From: Candidatus Omnitrophota bacterium
Lineage (GTDB): Bacteria > Omnitrophota > Gorgyraeia > Gygaellales > Profunditerraquicolaceae
Assembly: GCA_026416665.1 (NCBI GenBank)
Contig: JAOAET010000055.1
Span: forward strand, 2,490-66,489
Length of the DNA stretch: 64,000 bases
Direction: 5' to 3'
Part shown: in pieces, positions 38,595 through 47,387 of the stretch
How the letters are laid out: each line of letters starts with the position of its first letter
Numbering within the stretch: the first letter of the stretch is position 1
The notes under the pieces: generated by a model
What the model was told of the DNA's origin: nothing
The model's input: only the letters and a program-made list of their open reading frames with translations
The model's database searches: none
Translations under genes and position numbers: made by a program

Positions 38595-41500
38595 ATGCGC
38601 CAAAATTCAAGAGATAAAGAAGTAAGATACAAGTTAACTGAGACGGGAAAATTTATCATAGAAAATTATAATTCTGCAAAACCTTTAGCAAATTTTTTCC
38701 CTGGTATTGCAGGTAAATACGGCATCCCGATGTGGGTTTTTTATGTAAACCGTGGTCAAGGTATAGCTTGTTTTGGAATCGACGGGAAAGACCATGCTAT
38801 TTTAGAGTTTCAACCTGCAAATAAAGCATGGCAACAGACTTCTATTCTTGGCTTTAGAACATTCATAAAATGCCACTCTAACCGCAGATGTTTCTACTAC
38901 GAACCTTTTCACAATGGTCTATCTAATTTAGAATATAAAATTTTCAATTATATATGTATGAGTTCTTATGATCTACAATTAGAAGAGATTAATTATACGA
39001 TTGGTTTGAAAACATCGGTGAAATACTTTACGATTCCTAATGATATTTTTGCTGCATTAGTTCGAGTTGTTACTATAGAGAATATATCTGATAAACCTAT
39101 AGAGCTAGAAATAATAGATGGTTTACCACGAATTGTGCCTTATGGAATTGCCAATCTCTTTTTGAAAAAACTGTCGCGCACTATTGAGGCTTGGATGCAT
39201 GTTGAAAATTTAACCAGATCAATACCTTTCTATAAGATTGATGTGGATCCTATTGATCGCCCTTATGTGTTAAAGATTAAAGGTGGCAATTTCTATATGG
39301 CCTTTAAGGAATGTAACTCAAACTTTCAAATAATTAAACCAATAGTGGATCCTGATATCATTTTCGGGCTAATTAATGACTTTTCGATTCCGCGTTTATT
39401 TCTTTCTTCTGAAAACTTTATTTATCCAAAACAGCAACAAATTCAATGTAAAACACCTTGTGGATTTCTACATACTAATTTTAAACTTGATATTAAAAAT
39501 AAACAAACCTATTTTAGTGTAATCGGTCACTGTAAAGATTTGGATGAACTTAATAAAAAAGTAACTAAAAAAATTCTCACTGTTGGTTACCTTAACGAGA
39601 AGGAAAAAGAAAATGAACAGATAATTAAAGAATTACAAAATGAAATTAAAACTAACTCTAGTTCTTGGGCATTTGACTATTATTGTCAACAGACTTATCT
39701 AGACAATCTTTTGCGTGGCGGTACACCTGTAACATTTTCTTTGGCGCAGAATAAAGCGGTCTTTTATCTTTATTCACGTAAACATGGTGACCTTGAAAGA
39801 GACTACAACAAGTTTCAAATTCAACCAACTTATTTTTCGCAAGGTAATGGTAATTATCGTGATATTAACCAAAATCGTCGAGTTGATGTATGGTTTCATC
39901 CAGAAATAAAGGATTTCAATATCATTGTTTTCTTAAATCTTATACAACTTGATGGCTTTAATCCTTTGGTAGTCAAAGGGGCATCTTTTACTGTTGATGA
40001 TTGGCAAAATTTACAGCTTTCTTTAAATAAGGTGATGAAGGAAGAAGATTGTAAGAGAGTTCTCTCTTTTTTGGAAAAACCGTTTACGCCTGGAAGTTTG
40101 GTTATGTTTGTTAAAGAAATGCAAATAAAAATAAAACTAACCTATGATGAATTAATTGCTTTAGTAATAGGTTATTGTCATCAGAACTTTGAAGCAGAAC
40201 ACGGTGAGGGATTTTGGATAGACCATTGGCATTACAATCTTGATCTTTTGGAAAATTATTTTAATCTTTACCCAGAGGAGCTAAGAAATTTAGTTTTTGA
40301 TAAAAAAGTTTTTACATTCTATGACAACTGGCATGTAGTTGCCCCTAGGAGTAAAAAATATGTATTATATGAAGGTAAATTACGCCAACTAAATTCAGTT
40401 GTGATTGATGAAGAAAAGAAAAAATTAATCATTTCCCGTAAAAGTTTTGTACATTGCGTTCATTCGGAGTTTGGTTTAGGTTCTGTTTATTATACTACAC
40501 TTATAAATAAACTGTTTTGTATCTTAGTAAACAAGTTGGCTAGCTTCGATCCATTTGGAGTGGGTATAGAGATGGAGGCAGATAAACCTAATTGGTTTGA
40601 TGCTTTAAATGGTCTACCTGCTCTATTTGGTTCCTCTAGTTGTGAGACATTTGAATTAAAAAGACTTTGTTTATTTCTAAAAAAATTAATTTTACAAGCT
40701 AAGGTAGAAAAATTCTATCTTTGTTCAGAAATTTATGAATTTCTGATGGCAGTTTCGGAATGCATAAATGAGTACTTCTCAACAGGTGATGTAACGCGTG
40801 ATATGGATTATTGGGATAAAACTTATTGCTTGAAAGAATCTTTCCGTGAAAAAATAAAACTAGGGGTAAGCGGTAATGAAAATGAGTTTACCGCAAAAGA
40901 TGCTTTAGCTATTTTAGAATCCGCCATAAAAAAGATAGATGTCGCTTTAGCCGCCTCAAGGTATCCGAATAAACCGCTGTATTGTGGTTATTTTATTAAT
41001 GAACCCCTGGAGTATCAATCAGAGAAAGGAGTTATTAAACCTAAGCGGTTTAAACAATACCGATTAGCGAATTTCCTTGAAGCACAAGTGCATGCGCTTA
41101 GAGTTATAGATAATCAAAAAGATGCTAAAATAATTTACCAAGCAACTAGAAATAGTTCTCTTTATGATAAGAAATTAAAAATGTATCGAGTAACTGGTTC
41201 GCTAAAGAAAATGCCGCTTGAGATTGGTCGCTGTACTGCATTTACTGCTGGTTGGCTTGAAAATCAGTCTGTTTGGTTACATATGGAATATAAATATTTG
41301 CTAGAAGTTCTTAAGAAAGGTCTTTATAAAGAGTTCTATCAGGATTTAAGAAATTGTTTAGTTTGTTTCCAGGAACCTGAAGTGTATGGACGAAGTATTC
41401 TAGAAAACTCTTCTTTTATTGTTTCCAGTGCTTTTCCCTATCCTAAGCTTCACGGAAACGGTTTTGTTGCAAGACTTTCGGGGTCAACAGCGGAGTTCTT

Positions 41501-41831
41501 AGAAATGTGGTTACGTATGAACGTAGGTAATCAACCTTTCTTTTTAGATGAAAAAGAACAATTAAGTTTTCGCCTTGCTCCTATTTTGGCAGGATGGCTT
41601 TTTTCAAAGGATAAAAAATATTCATTTAAATTTTTGGGGACCATTACCATAACTTATTATAATTCCTCTAGAAAAGATACATTTGGTGGAAAAGCAGTAA
41701 AACCAGTTAAAGTTATTCTGAAAAACCAGCAAACTACTGTTGCAGAATTTAATTCAAATATAGTCCCCGCCCCTTATGCTGAGCAAATTCGTAACCGCCA
41801 AATTACTGATATAGATGTAATCCTTGCTTAG
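38595..41831 (+). CDS. Large glycoside phosphorylase, GH161 (beta-1,3-glucan phosphorylase)-like
   Basis: WVFYVNRGQ, YSRKHGDLERDYN, QGNGNYRDINQNRR, EGFWIDHW, PNWFDALNGL, WLHMEYKY, ARLSGSTAEF; no signal peptide. Confidence 0.75.
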   Translation: MRQNSRDKEVRYKLTETGKFIIENYNSAKPLANFFPGIAGKYGIPMWVFYVNRGQGIACFGIDGKDHAILEFQPANKAWQQTSILGFRTFIKCHSNRRCFYYEPFHNGLSNLEYKIFNYICMSSYDLQLEEINYTIGLKTSVKYFTIPNDIFAALVRVVTIENISDKPIELEIIDGLPRIVPYGIANLFLKKLSRTIEAWMHVENLTRSIPFYKIDVDPIDRPYVLKIKGGNFYMAFKECNSNFQIIKPIVDPDIIFGLINDFSIPRLFLSSENFIYPKQQQIQCKTPCGFLHTNFKLDIKNKQTYFSVIGHCKDLDELNKKVTKKILTVGYLNEKEKENEQIIKELQNEIKTNSSSWAFDYYCQQTYLDNLLRGGTPVTFSLAQNKAVFYLYSRKHGDLERDYNKFQIQPTYFSQGNGNYRDINQNRRVDVWFHPEIKDFNIIVFLNLIQLDGFNPLVVKGASFTVDDWQNLQLSLNKVMKEEDCKRVLSFLEKPFTPGSLVMFVKEMQIKIKLTYDELIALVIGYCHQNFEAEHGEGFWIDHWHYNLDLLENYFNLYPEELRNLVFDKKVFTFYDNWHVVAPRSKKYVLYEGKLRQLNSVVIDEEKKKLIISRKSFVHCVHSEFGLGSVYYTTLINKLFCILVNKLASFDPFGVGIEMEADKPNWFDALNGLPALFGSSSCETFELKRLCLFLKKLILQAKVEKFYLCSEIYEFLMAVSECINEYFSTGDVTRDMDYWDKTYCLKESFREKIKLGVSGNENEFTAKDALAILESAIKKIDVALAASRYPNKPLYCGYFINEPLEYQSEKGVIKPKRFKQYRLANFLEAQVHALRVIDNQKDAKIIYQATRNSSLYDKKLKMYRVTGSLKKMPLEIGRCTAFTAGWLENQSVWLHMEYKYLLEVLKKGLYKEFYQDLRNCLVCFQEPEVYGRSILENSSFIVSSAFPYPKLHGNGFVARLSGSTAEFLEMWLRMNVGNQPFFLDEKEQLSFRLAPILAGWLFSKDKKYSFKFLGTITITYYNSSRKDTFGGKAVKPVKVILKNQQTTVAEFNSNIVPAPYAEQIRNRQITDIDVILA

Positions 41832-41888
41832 TTTTTATAAATATTGTGTTTTTTAAAAAAACAAAGTTGGCTATTTATAAAATTTTTC

Positions 41889-41916
41889 TTGAAAAGATCA
41901 GATTCTGTGTTATACT
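41889..41916 (+). promoter_or_regulatory. Sigma70 promoter upstream of the riboswitch
   Basis: TTGAAA-16-TATACT with TG extended -10. Confidence 0.6.
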
Positions 41917-41953
41917 TTTTTTTGGAAATAAGAAATCTTTGAAATCTAGGTAG

Positions 41954-42043
41954 TCCTACTGATAAAGGCAAACTAGCAGAAATGCTAGGGCGCAAAGCGA
42001 CAGACCCGCTTACTTAAATGGGTGGCTGCGCTGCCAAAGGGGA
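41954..42043 (+). ncRNA. Cyclic di-GMP-I (GEMM) riboswitch
   Basis: GATAAAGGCAAAC-TAGCA-GAAA-TGCTAG-GGCGCAAAGC...ACCC...GGGT...CTGCC; GNRA-capped P2; G at the position-20 equivalent (c-di-GMP type rather than A20 cGAMP type). Confidence 0.88.
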
Positions 42044-42052
42044 AGATGTACT

Positions 42053-42085
42053 AAAAACCCTAAAGAAAGCCTTTAGGGTTTTTTT
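42053..42085 (+). terminator. Intrinsic terminator (riboswitch expression platform)
   Basis: AAAAACCCTAAAG-aaagc-CTTTAGGGTTTTTTT. Confidence 0.85.
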
Positions 42086-42088
42086 GTT

Positions 42089-42184
42089 GCCCTAGCTTAG
42101 GTTTGCCCGCCTGCCGCGTAGGCGGTCTGCCAATTTTTTGGTTGCGTTTAATGCGGCAGGTCGAAAAGTAGGCTAGGGTTTTTT
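42089..42184 (+). terminator. Second, about 90-nt long hairpin followed by a U-tract
   Basis: GCCCTAGCTTA/TAGGCTAGGGT and GCCTGCCGCGT/ATGCGGCAGGT arms, then TTTTT. Confidence 0.65.
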
Positions 42185-42215
42185 AATTTATCTTATGATT
42201 AAGGAGGAGACGGTT

Positions 42216-42479
42216 ATGGGTGAGTATACAAATGAAAAAAGCCAAAGGGTAGTTACGTTTCTTACGCGTGAAGAAGTAGATTTTCTTGATAAATTAGGAA
42301 AAGATGCACTTTTTAGTTCAGGTACTAAACTTTCACGGGCAAAACTTATTGCTTGGATAGTGGATATTCTTCGTGGTCTAAAAATTAACGGAGAGAATCT
42401 AAAAGAACCTAAAGACCTTGAGCAGAGAATTATTAAGAGTTTAAAGCTGTTGGAGAATAATTCTTTACAGCCAGAGTAA
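42216..42479 (+). CDS. Small ribbon-helix-helix-like putative DNA-binding protein (likely start 42216)
   Basis: AAGGAGG SD; QRVVTFLTREEVDFLDKL...KLSRAKLIAWIVD fits a strand-helix-helix pattern. Confidence 0.6.
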   Translation: MGEYTNEKSQRVVTFLTREEVDFLDKLGKDALFSSGTKLSRAKLIAWIVDILRGLKINGENLKEPKDLEQRIIKSLKLLENNSLQPE

Positions 42480-42556
42480 ACAAGGATGCTACACATATAA
42501 ATGAGTAAAGCCCGGAGGGAAAAACCCACCAGCCACGGAAGGACAAAGGGATATTT

Positions 42557-42874
42557 ATGGATAGAGCGGGAAGAAAAACAATAATTTTGATGTGTATGAT
42601 TATATTTGGCTATGGAAGCATATGTTTTTCAAATGATAGTGTGCGGATAAAAATTTCCTGCTCTATCCCTGCTATCCCAGGGGTGAATGCTCCACCACAA
42701 GAGTCTTCTTCACAGTTTTCGGTTGTTGCTATTGATCCTAAGAATAGATTAGACGAAGAACCACGGCTTGATGACCCTACTTCATCCCAGAAATCTGATC
42801 AAATTCAAGAGGAAAAACAAGAAATAAGTAAAGGAGGTGTAATTGTTTTGGTTAAATCAGTTTATAGTAAATAA
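42557..42874 (+). CDS. Small exported protein
   Basis: Signal peptide, beta-strand DSVRIKISCSIP, acidic low-complexity linker, terminal strand VIVLVKSVY. Confidence 0.65.
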   Translation: MDRAGRKTIILMCMIIFGYGSICFSNDSVRIKISCSIPAIPGVNAPPQESSSQFSVVAIDPKNRLDEEPRLDDPTSSQKSDQIQEEKQEISKGGVIVLVKSVYSK

Positions 42875-42915
42875 ATAAAAAATAGTTATTAGGGATTGGT
42901 TCTTAATCGGCTCTT

Positions 42916-45813
42916 TTAAAGAGCCTTTTCTTTTACTTTTTTAACTGGGATATTATAGACAATGGTTGAGCCTTCTTCAAGTGTAATATCCTTGTAAATA
43001 CTAACTTCCGGGAGGTATTCAGTGGGAAGACTTGAAAGATCAAGTGTTAAACGGTAAAAACCTGCTTTAATTTTATTAAATAGATACAAACCACTACTAT
43101 CTGTTACTGCTTGAATATCAGGGGTAATGAATATCCTAACTTTAGATAAGGGTATATCAACACTGCCAAATTTTCCATCTTCGTCCACATCCTCAAAAAC
43201 TATACCGCGTATTTCTGTTTTTATAGCTAATCCAAAATCAACACGGCTGACTTGTGATTGAAAGACAGTTACTTCTTGTTTCTCAGGAGTAGTTAATACG
43301 TAGTTAGTAGGAATAGAAGCTGGATCAATACTTACTAGTATACTTTTCCCTTTTACTTTAGGAAATAGGAAATAACCATTTTTGTTGGAAATACGTGTTT
43401 GGCTAATGGACGTGATTATTACTATATCGCTAATAGGCGGGTCCTCTATATCTCTTATGCCATCAGCATCTATATCTTTAAAGACATATCCCTCAATCAT
43501 CCCAACAGGAAGCCATTTGAACCCTGTATCCCAGAGATACCTTACTCCTGCGCGGATGTCCCATTCTGCCCATTTAGTTTTATTTTTATCTTCAGGCCAA
43601 ATCCAACGCAAACGACTGGATAAATATGTCTGTAGTTCATCTTTTATGCTGTAAGATAATTCTTGATACCACTCCAGATAATCTTGCCCTGCAAGAAGAC
43701 ATATTGGAGAGGATGTCTTTTCTTCATTACGATAAACTAGGCGCTCTGTTAAGAAAAATGGTGTAGTTTTAAGTTGGCTATTAAAATCAAAACCAGTTTC
43801 AATTGCCCAAGGTTGTGCCTGTTCATCAGAATAGATACGTTTTGTCCAATTGGTTTCGTGGCTTAAGAAATAATATAATTGACCAATTAAACCGATTCTA
43901 AAACCCGTAAGTAACTTATGATTATAGTAATCAATTTCAGAAGAATTTTTATAAGAATAATTTTGGTAGCGATAGGTAAAATAAGTATTTAAGCGTTGTA
44001 TACTTTTAGAAATGTGGTATAAACCAACCCCTATGTTATGAGCAACCAAAGCAGTTAAACGGCCTGGGTTATTCAAAAAGGTATAATCAACCCTTGCGCG
44101 AGTTTGTGAGTTTAAATATGTTGTAACATCTATAAAAAAATCTTGATTATATTTAGAAGTTTTAGAAGGATTTGGGTAGCGGCGATCGCGAAAGATATCA
44201 AGACTTGTTTGTATATCTAACCAACTTACTGGGTTTAAGCTTAAGGTGCTAAGTATCCCCAGTTCACCTGCTCTCCAACCCAAACCTGTAAGAGAAAAAA
44301 ATGAAGTAGAAATATTGCGTATTTGATTGTGGAGTTTAAAATAGTTAGCTGTTAGTCCGAAATCAATTAGATTAGCAAAATGTTTACTATCAAAAGCAGA
44401 TTCCCAGATTAATTGTTTTCTTTGATGTTCAAATTGAAATTTAACATCATAAGTGTTTTTAGGTAAATTTTTGTCTCTGTCTTTTCCATATCCAAAGAAA
44501 CTTGAAAATTCGTATCTTTGTCCCAATACAGGATTAAAACTAAAATTAATGCCAGATAAATAAATATTTCGTTCTTGGTTATACTGCGGTAAAACAAATG
44601 AACTCCATAAGCCACTTGCGCGTTCTTGTCCCCAAAAGATATTGTAGTCAAACATATTCTTTTTAACTGGTGAATAAAACTGAAATCCACGAAGATATGC
44701 ACCACCAAAAGAAAGATTAGAAAGAGTGGGAGTAAAATCCACAGCACGTAAAGAAAAACCACGAAACTTTTGCCATATACCATTGTCTAACGCTATACTT
44801 AATGACCAAGGATTCTCTAACGAATTTTCCATTTGCTGTAAAATAAACTTACTCGAAAATAAACCGTAAGGAGTTTCACCACTTATTGATAAGTTATGTG
44901 TATAGAGATAGTAAGAGCGTTCCAGATTGCTTAGATTTTTTCCGTCATAGTAAGAAAGCCAATCGACGTTATATTCAATTTTAAAATTACGCATCTTTTC
45001 TTGCTTTTGTGCAATTTCTTCAGCATATGTAGGTTCTGTTGGTTTAGGTGGAATAACATAAATCTTAATAGTATAGCGATTGGTTTGGTCCCAAATATGT
45101 AAAACAGTAGAGCCATATTCTTTAGCAAATAAAGAAATTTGATTATTGTTGATACGCTTTATTAATATTATATTTGGATTTAACAAAAGAAACCTTTGTA
45201 TTTCATCTACTTCTACAATTGCGGTTTTGCCTCTTTCCAGTTGAATTTCTTCATCTTTTAAGCTAAAATTTATTTTTTTAGTAATTCCCTCTTGATTATT
45301 TGTTTCTACCTTTTGAGGGAATTCTTTATCTATGGATTTGTCTTTTTGGTTTTTTGAGGGAGAAATTTTTTGAGAAGAAACTCTTTGAGAAGAAACTGTA
45401 TCTTGTTTAAAGTTATATTCTGAATTGACTTCTAATTGCCCTAAGCCAGTTATTCTGTTAGATAGTTTTTGAGTGTTCGAAAAGTTGTTAAGTGGAACAG
45501 TATCTTCTGGGTAAAAAGCTTTTATGGGTTCTTCTGAATTATTAGAAAATATAAAAGATTTTTGTTTTGTAGTTAAATAATTAATATATTCTTTTGCAGG
45601 TGTAAAATCCGGATTTGCCAGAAGTGCCTTTTTAAATTCCTGCAAAGCCAAGTCATAACGGCCAGCATTATAATACTTAATTCCTGCTTCAAAAAAAAAT
45701 TCACAGGCAAGGTACGAAGCATATATCGGGGGTATTTGAATTAAAAAGACTCCTATGCTAATAAAAAGATATGTAAATATACGAAAGTAACTTATTAATT
45801 TGATGCCTGCCAT
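42916..45813 (-). CDS. Large envelope protein: TPR + pilus-secretin N-terminal-type domain + probable beta-barrel + two SdrD/Cna-B-like domains (usher-like)
   Basis: TPR GIKYYNAGRYDLALQEFKKAL; AKEYGSTVLHIWD; aromatic-rich alternating strands; GYVFKDIDADG and GIVFEDVDEDG repeats. Confidence 0.65.
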   Translation of the reverse strand: MAGIKLISYFRIFTYLFISIGVFLIQIPPIYASYLACEFFFEAGIKYYNAGRYDLALQEFKKALLANPDFTPAKEYINYLTTKQKSFIFSNNSEEPIKAFYPEDTVPLNNFSNTQKLSNRITGLGQLEVNSEYNFKQDTVSSQRVSSQKISPSKNQKDKSIDKEFPQKVETNNQEGITKKINFSLKDEEIQLERGKTAIVEVDEIQRFLLLNPNIILIKRINNNQISLFAKEYGSTVLHIWDQTNRYTIKIYVIPPKPTEPTYAEEIAQKQEKMRNFKIEYNVDWLSYYDGKNLSNLERSYYLYTHNLSISGETPYGLFSSKFILQQMENSLENPWSLSIALDNGIWQKFRGFSLRAVDFTPTLSNLSFGGAYLRGFQFYSPVKKNMFDYNIFWGQERASGLWSSFVLPQYNQERNIYLSGINFSFNPVLGQRYEFSSFFGYGKDRDKNLPKNTYDVKFQFEHQRKQLIWESAFDSKHFANLIDFGLTANYFKLHNQIRNISTSFFSLTGLGWRAGELGILSTLSLNPVSWLDIQTSLDIFRDRRYPNPSKTSKYNQDFFIDVTTYLNSQTRARVDYTFLNNPGRLTALVAHNIGVGLYHISKSIQRLNTYFTYRYQNYSYKNSSEIDYYNHKLLTGFRIGLIGQLYYFLSHETNWTKRIYSDEQAQPWAIETGFDFNSQLKTTPFFLTERLVYRNEEKTSSPICLLAGQDYLEWYQELSYSIKDELQTYLSSRLRWIWPEDKNKTKWAEWDIRAGVRYLWDTGFKWLPVGMIEGYVFKDIDADGIRDIEDPPISDIVIITSISQTRISNKNGYFLFPKVKGKSILVSIDPASIPTNYVLTTPEKQEVTVFQSQVSRVDFGLAIKTEIRGIVFEDVDEDGKFGSVDIPLSKVRIFITPDIQAVTDSSGLYLFNKIKAGFYRLTLDLSSLPTEYLPEVSIYKDITLEEGSTIVYNIPVKKVKEKAL

Positions 45814-46679
45814 GAAATTAAATTCCCCTTATCATCAATTTCTATAGCAATTTCTTTCACAATTATTGGACCTCCTTTGAATCCAGTCTCTTCTTGTGAT
45901 TTCCCTGCATCAAATGTCATTACAATGTCATATATTCCTTTTAATAATTTTTGATGACATATTGCCTCAATTAAGTGACTATCTCCAGGTAAAGTATATA
46001 CCCGATTGAATTCTCCTCTACAGAAAACCATCCCTTGTTTATCCAAAATATGAAATTGACCATCTAATGTTATATCTTGATTACCAATATTATGTATTAT
46101 ACCTGTTAACTTTAAAGCTAAAGATTCTTTATCTTGTAATATTGATAAAGAATTGAAGGTTATATCACGTTTCAATGGTTCAACATCAATATAGAAAAGT
46201 GAACCTATGCGTAATTTAATATTCATTTCTGTACCTTGACGAGATTGGTTACCTATATCTGTTTCAAAGAAAAGAACAGTGACATAAGTTCCCTCAGCTT
46301 GAGAGGGGACCTTTATGGTATACTTTACTTTTTGTTTACTTATAGCAGGCAAGATAAATTCATTAGGGAAAAAACTAATCCATCGCGATGCAGAACGTGG
46401 CAATGTTCCAGAAGGGTAAAAATCTTTTGCTCCATCATGTGAACTAGTATATATCCAGTCTTGAGCATAGACCTTAACGAGAATATCCTGATTAGTGGGA
46501 TTCTCTACTTCAATGGTACTACTTTTTGTTTCATTGGGTTTAAGTAATAAACGAATCTTTGTATGGTCAAGATTAAGACTAGCTGGAAAAATACAAGATA
46601 TAAAAAAGGGATTAAAAAAGATTAAACAAACTACACAAAAAATTTTTATATAATTTTGATAAGAATTGCCTTTGTGCAT
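45795..46679 (-). CDS. PapD/DUF916-like periplasmic chaperone
   Basis: Signal peptide; IEVEN..VKVYAQDW, SASRWISFFPNEFILP, VP...GTYVTVLFFE; second Ig-like domain NIGN. Confidence 0.7.
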   Translation of the reverse strand: MHKGNSYQNYIKIFCVVCLIFFNPFFISCIFPASLNLDHTKIRLLLKPNETKSSTIEVENPTNQDILVKVYAQDWIYTSSHDGAKDFYPSGTLPRSASRWISFFPNEFILPAISKQKVKYTIKVPSQAEGTYVTVLFFETDIGNQSRQGTEMNIKLRIGSLFYIDVEPLKRDITFNSLSILQDKESLALKLTGIIHNIGNQDITLDGQFHILDKQGMVFCRGEFNRVYTLPGDSHLIEAICHQKLLKGIYDIVMTFDAGKSQEETGFKGGPIIVKEIAIEIDDKGNLISWQASN

Positions 46680-46711
46680 AATCTTTTATTCAATAGTTTT
46701 TTATTTTTTAT

Positions 46712-46744
46712 AAGGCGCCCCTGTTTATTAAACAAGAGCGCCTT
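46712..46744 (-). other. Strong hairpin just after the putative major subunit gene (mRNA stabiliser or attenuator)
   Basis: AAGGCGCTCTTGTTT-aat-AAACAGGGGCGCCTT on minus strand, no U-tract. Confidence 0.6.
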
Positions 46745-46749
46745 TATTT

Positions 46750-47343
46750 TTATTGCGGAGTTAGAGTTAAATAAACTGAACCGCTATAATTTCCGGGAGT
46801 TTTATTTTGTGAAATTGGCGTTACTCCACTGTTATCTCCACTTCCGGTAGCAATACCATAGTATATTCTTAACCAGCCATTTTGTAAGTCGTTTTTTGTA
46901 TAGTATTTTCCATTACTGTTGGCATAACTGACATAGCCATTAGTCAAGTTTGCGGCAGAAGTGTTAGTAATTTGACGAACAAAAGATACATTGATGTGAT
47001 TATCCAAATTACTGCCACCTGGTCCGGTTACTGATTCAGCATTGTGGGTTACAGTCCAGTTTGCTGCATTTGTGTTTATTCCAACATCAACGAAGAAATA
47101 ATATAGTGAACGAAATATACGGTAAGTATTATCCAATTGTAATTGCCCAAAGTTGATTTCACTTGCAGGTTCATATACTGAGGGATTGCCTACCGTTACG
47201 CGAGTAATAGCCGCTGTAATACTAGAAACATTGCCTATAGTAGCACGAACAGGGATATTTGCGGTTCGAATTTGGGCATAGACAGCTGCGGTTACACTCA
47301 TGGTCAGGATAAGACACAGCATTTTGGTTATAATTTTTTTCAT
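46750..47343 (-). CDS. Secreted pilin-like (CU/WxL-type) subunit, probable major subunit
   Basis: Signal peptide AVYA|Q; N-terminal strand TANIPVRATI; INFG; C-terminal PGNYSGSVYLTLT; strong AGGGGG SD. Confidence 0.6.
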   Translation of the reverse strand: MKKIITKMLCLILTMSVTAAVYAQIRTANIPVRATIGNVSSITAAITRVTVGNPSVYEPASEINFGQLQLDNTYRIFRSLYYFFVDVGINTNAANWTVTHNAESVTGPGGSNLDNHINVSFVRQITNTSAANLTNGYVSYANSNGKYYTKNDLQNGWLRIYYGIATGSGDNSGVTPISQNKTPGNYSGSVYLTLTPQ

Positions 47344-47387
47344 AATTTTTCACCCCCTTTCTTTGCTGATGTCCACACTTTTTTGGT

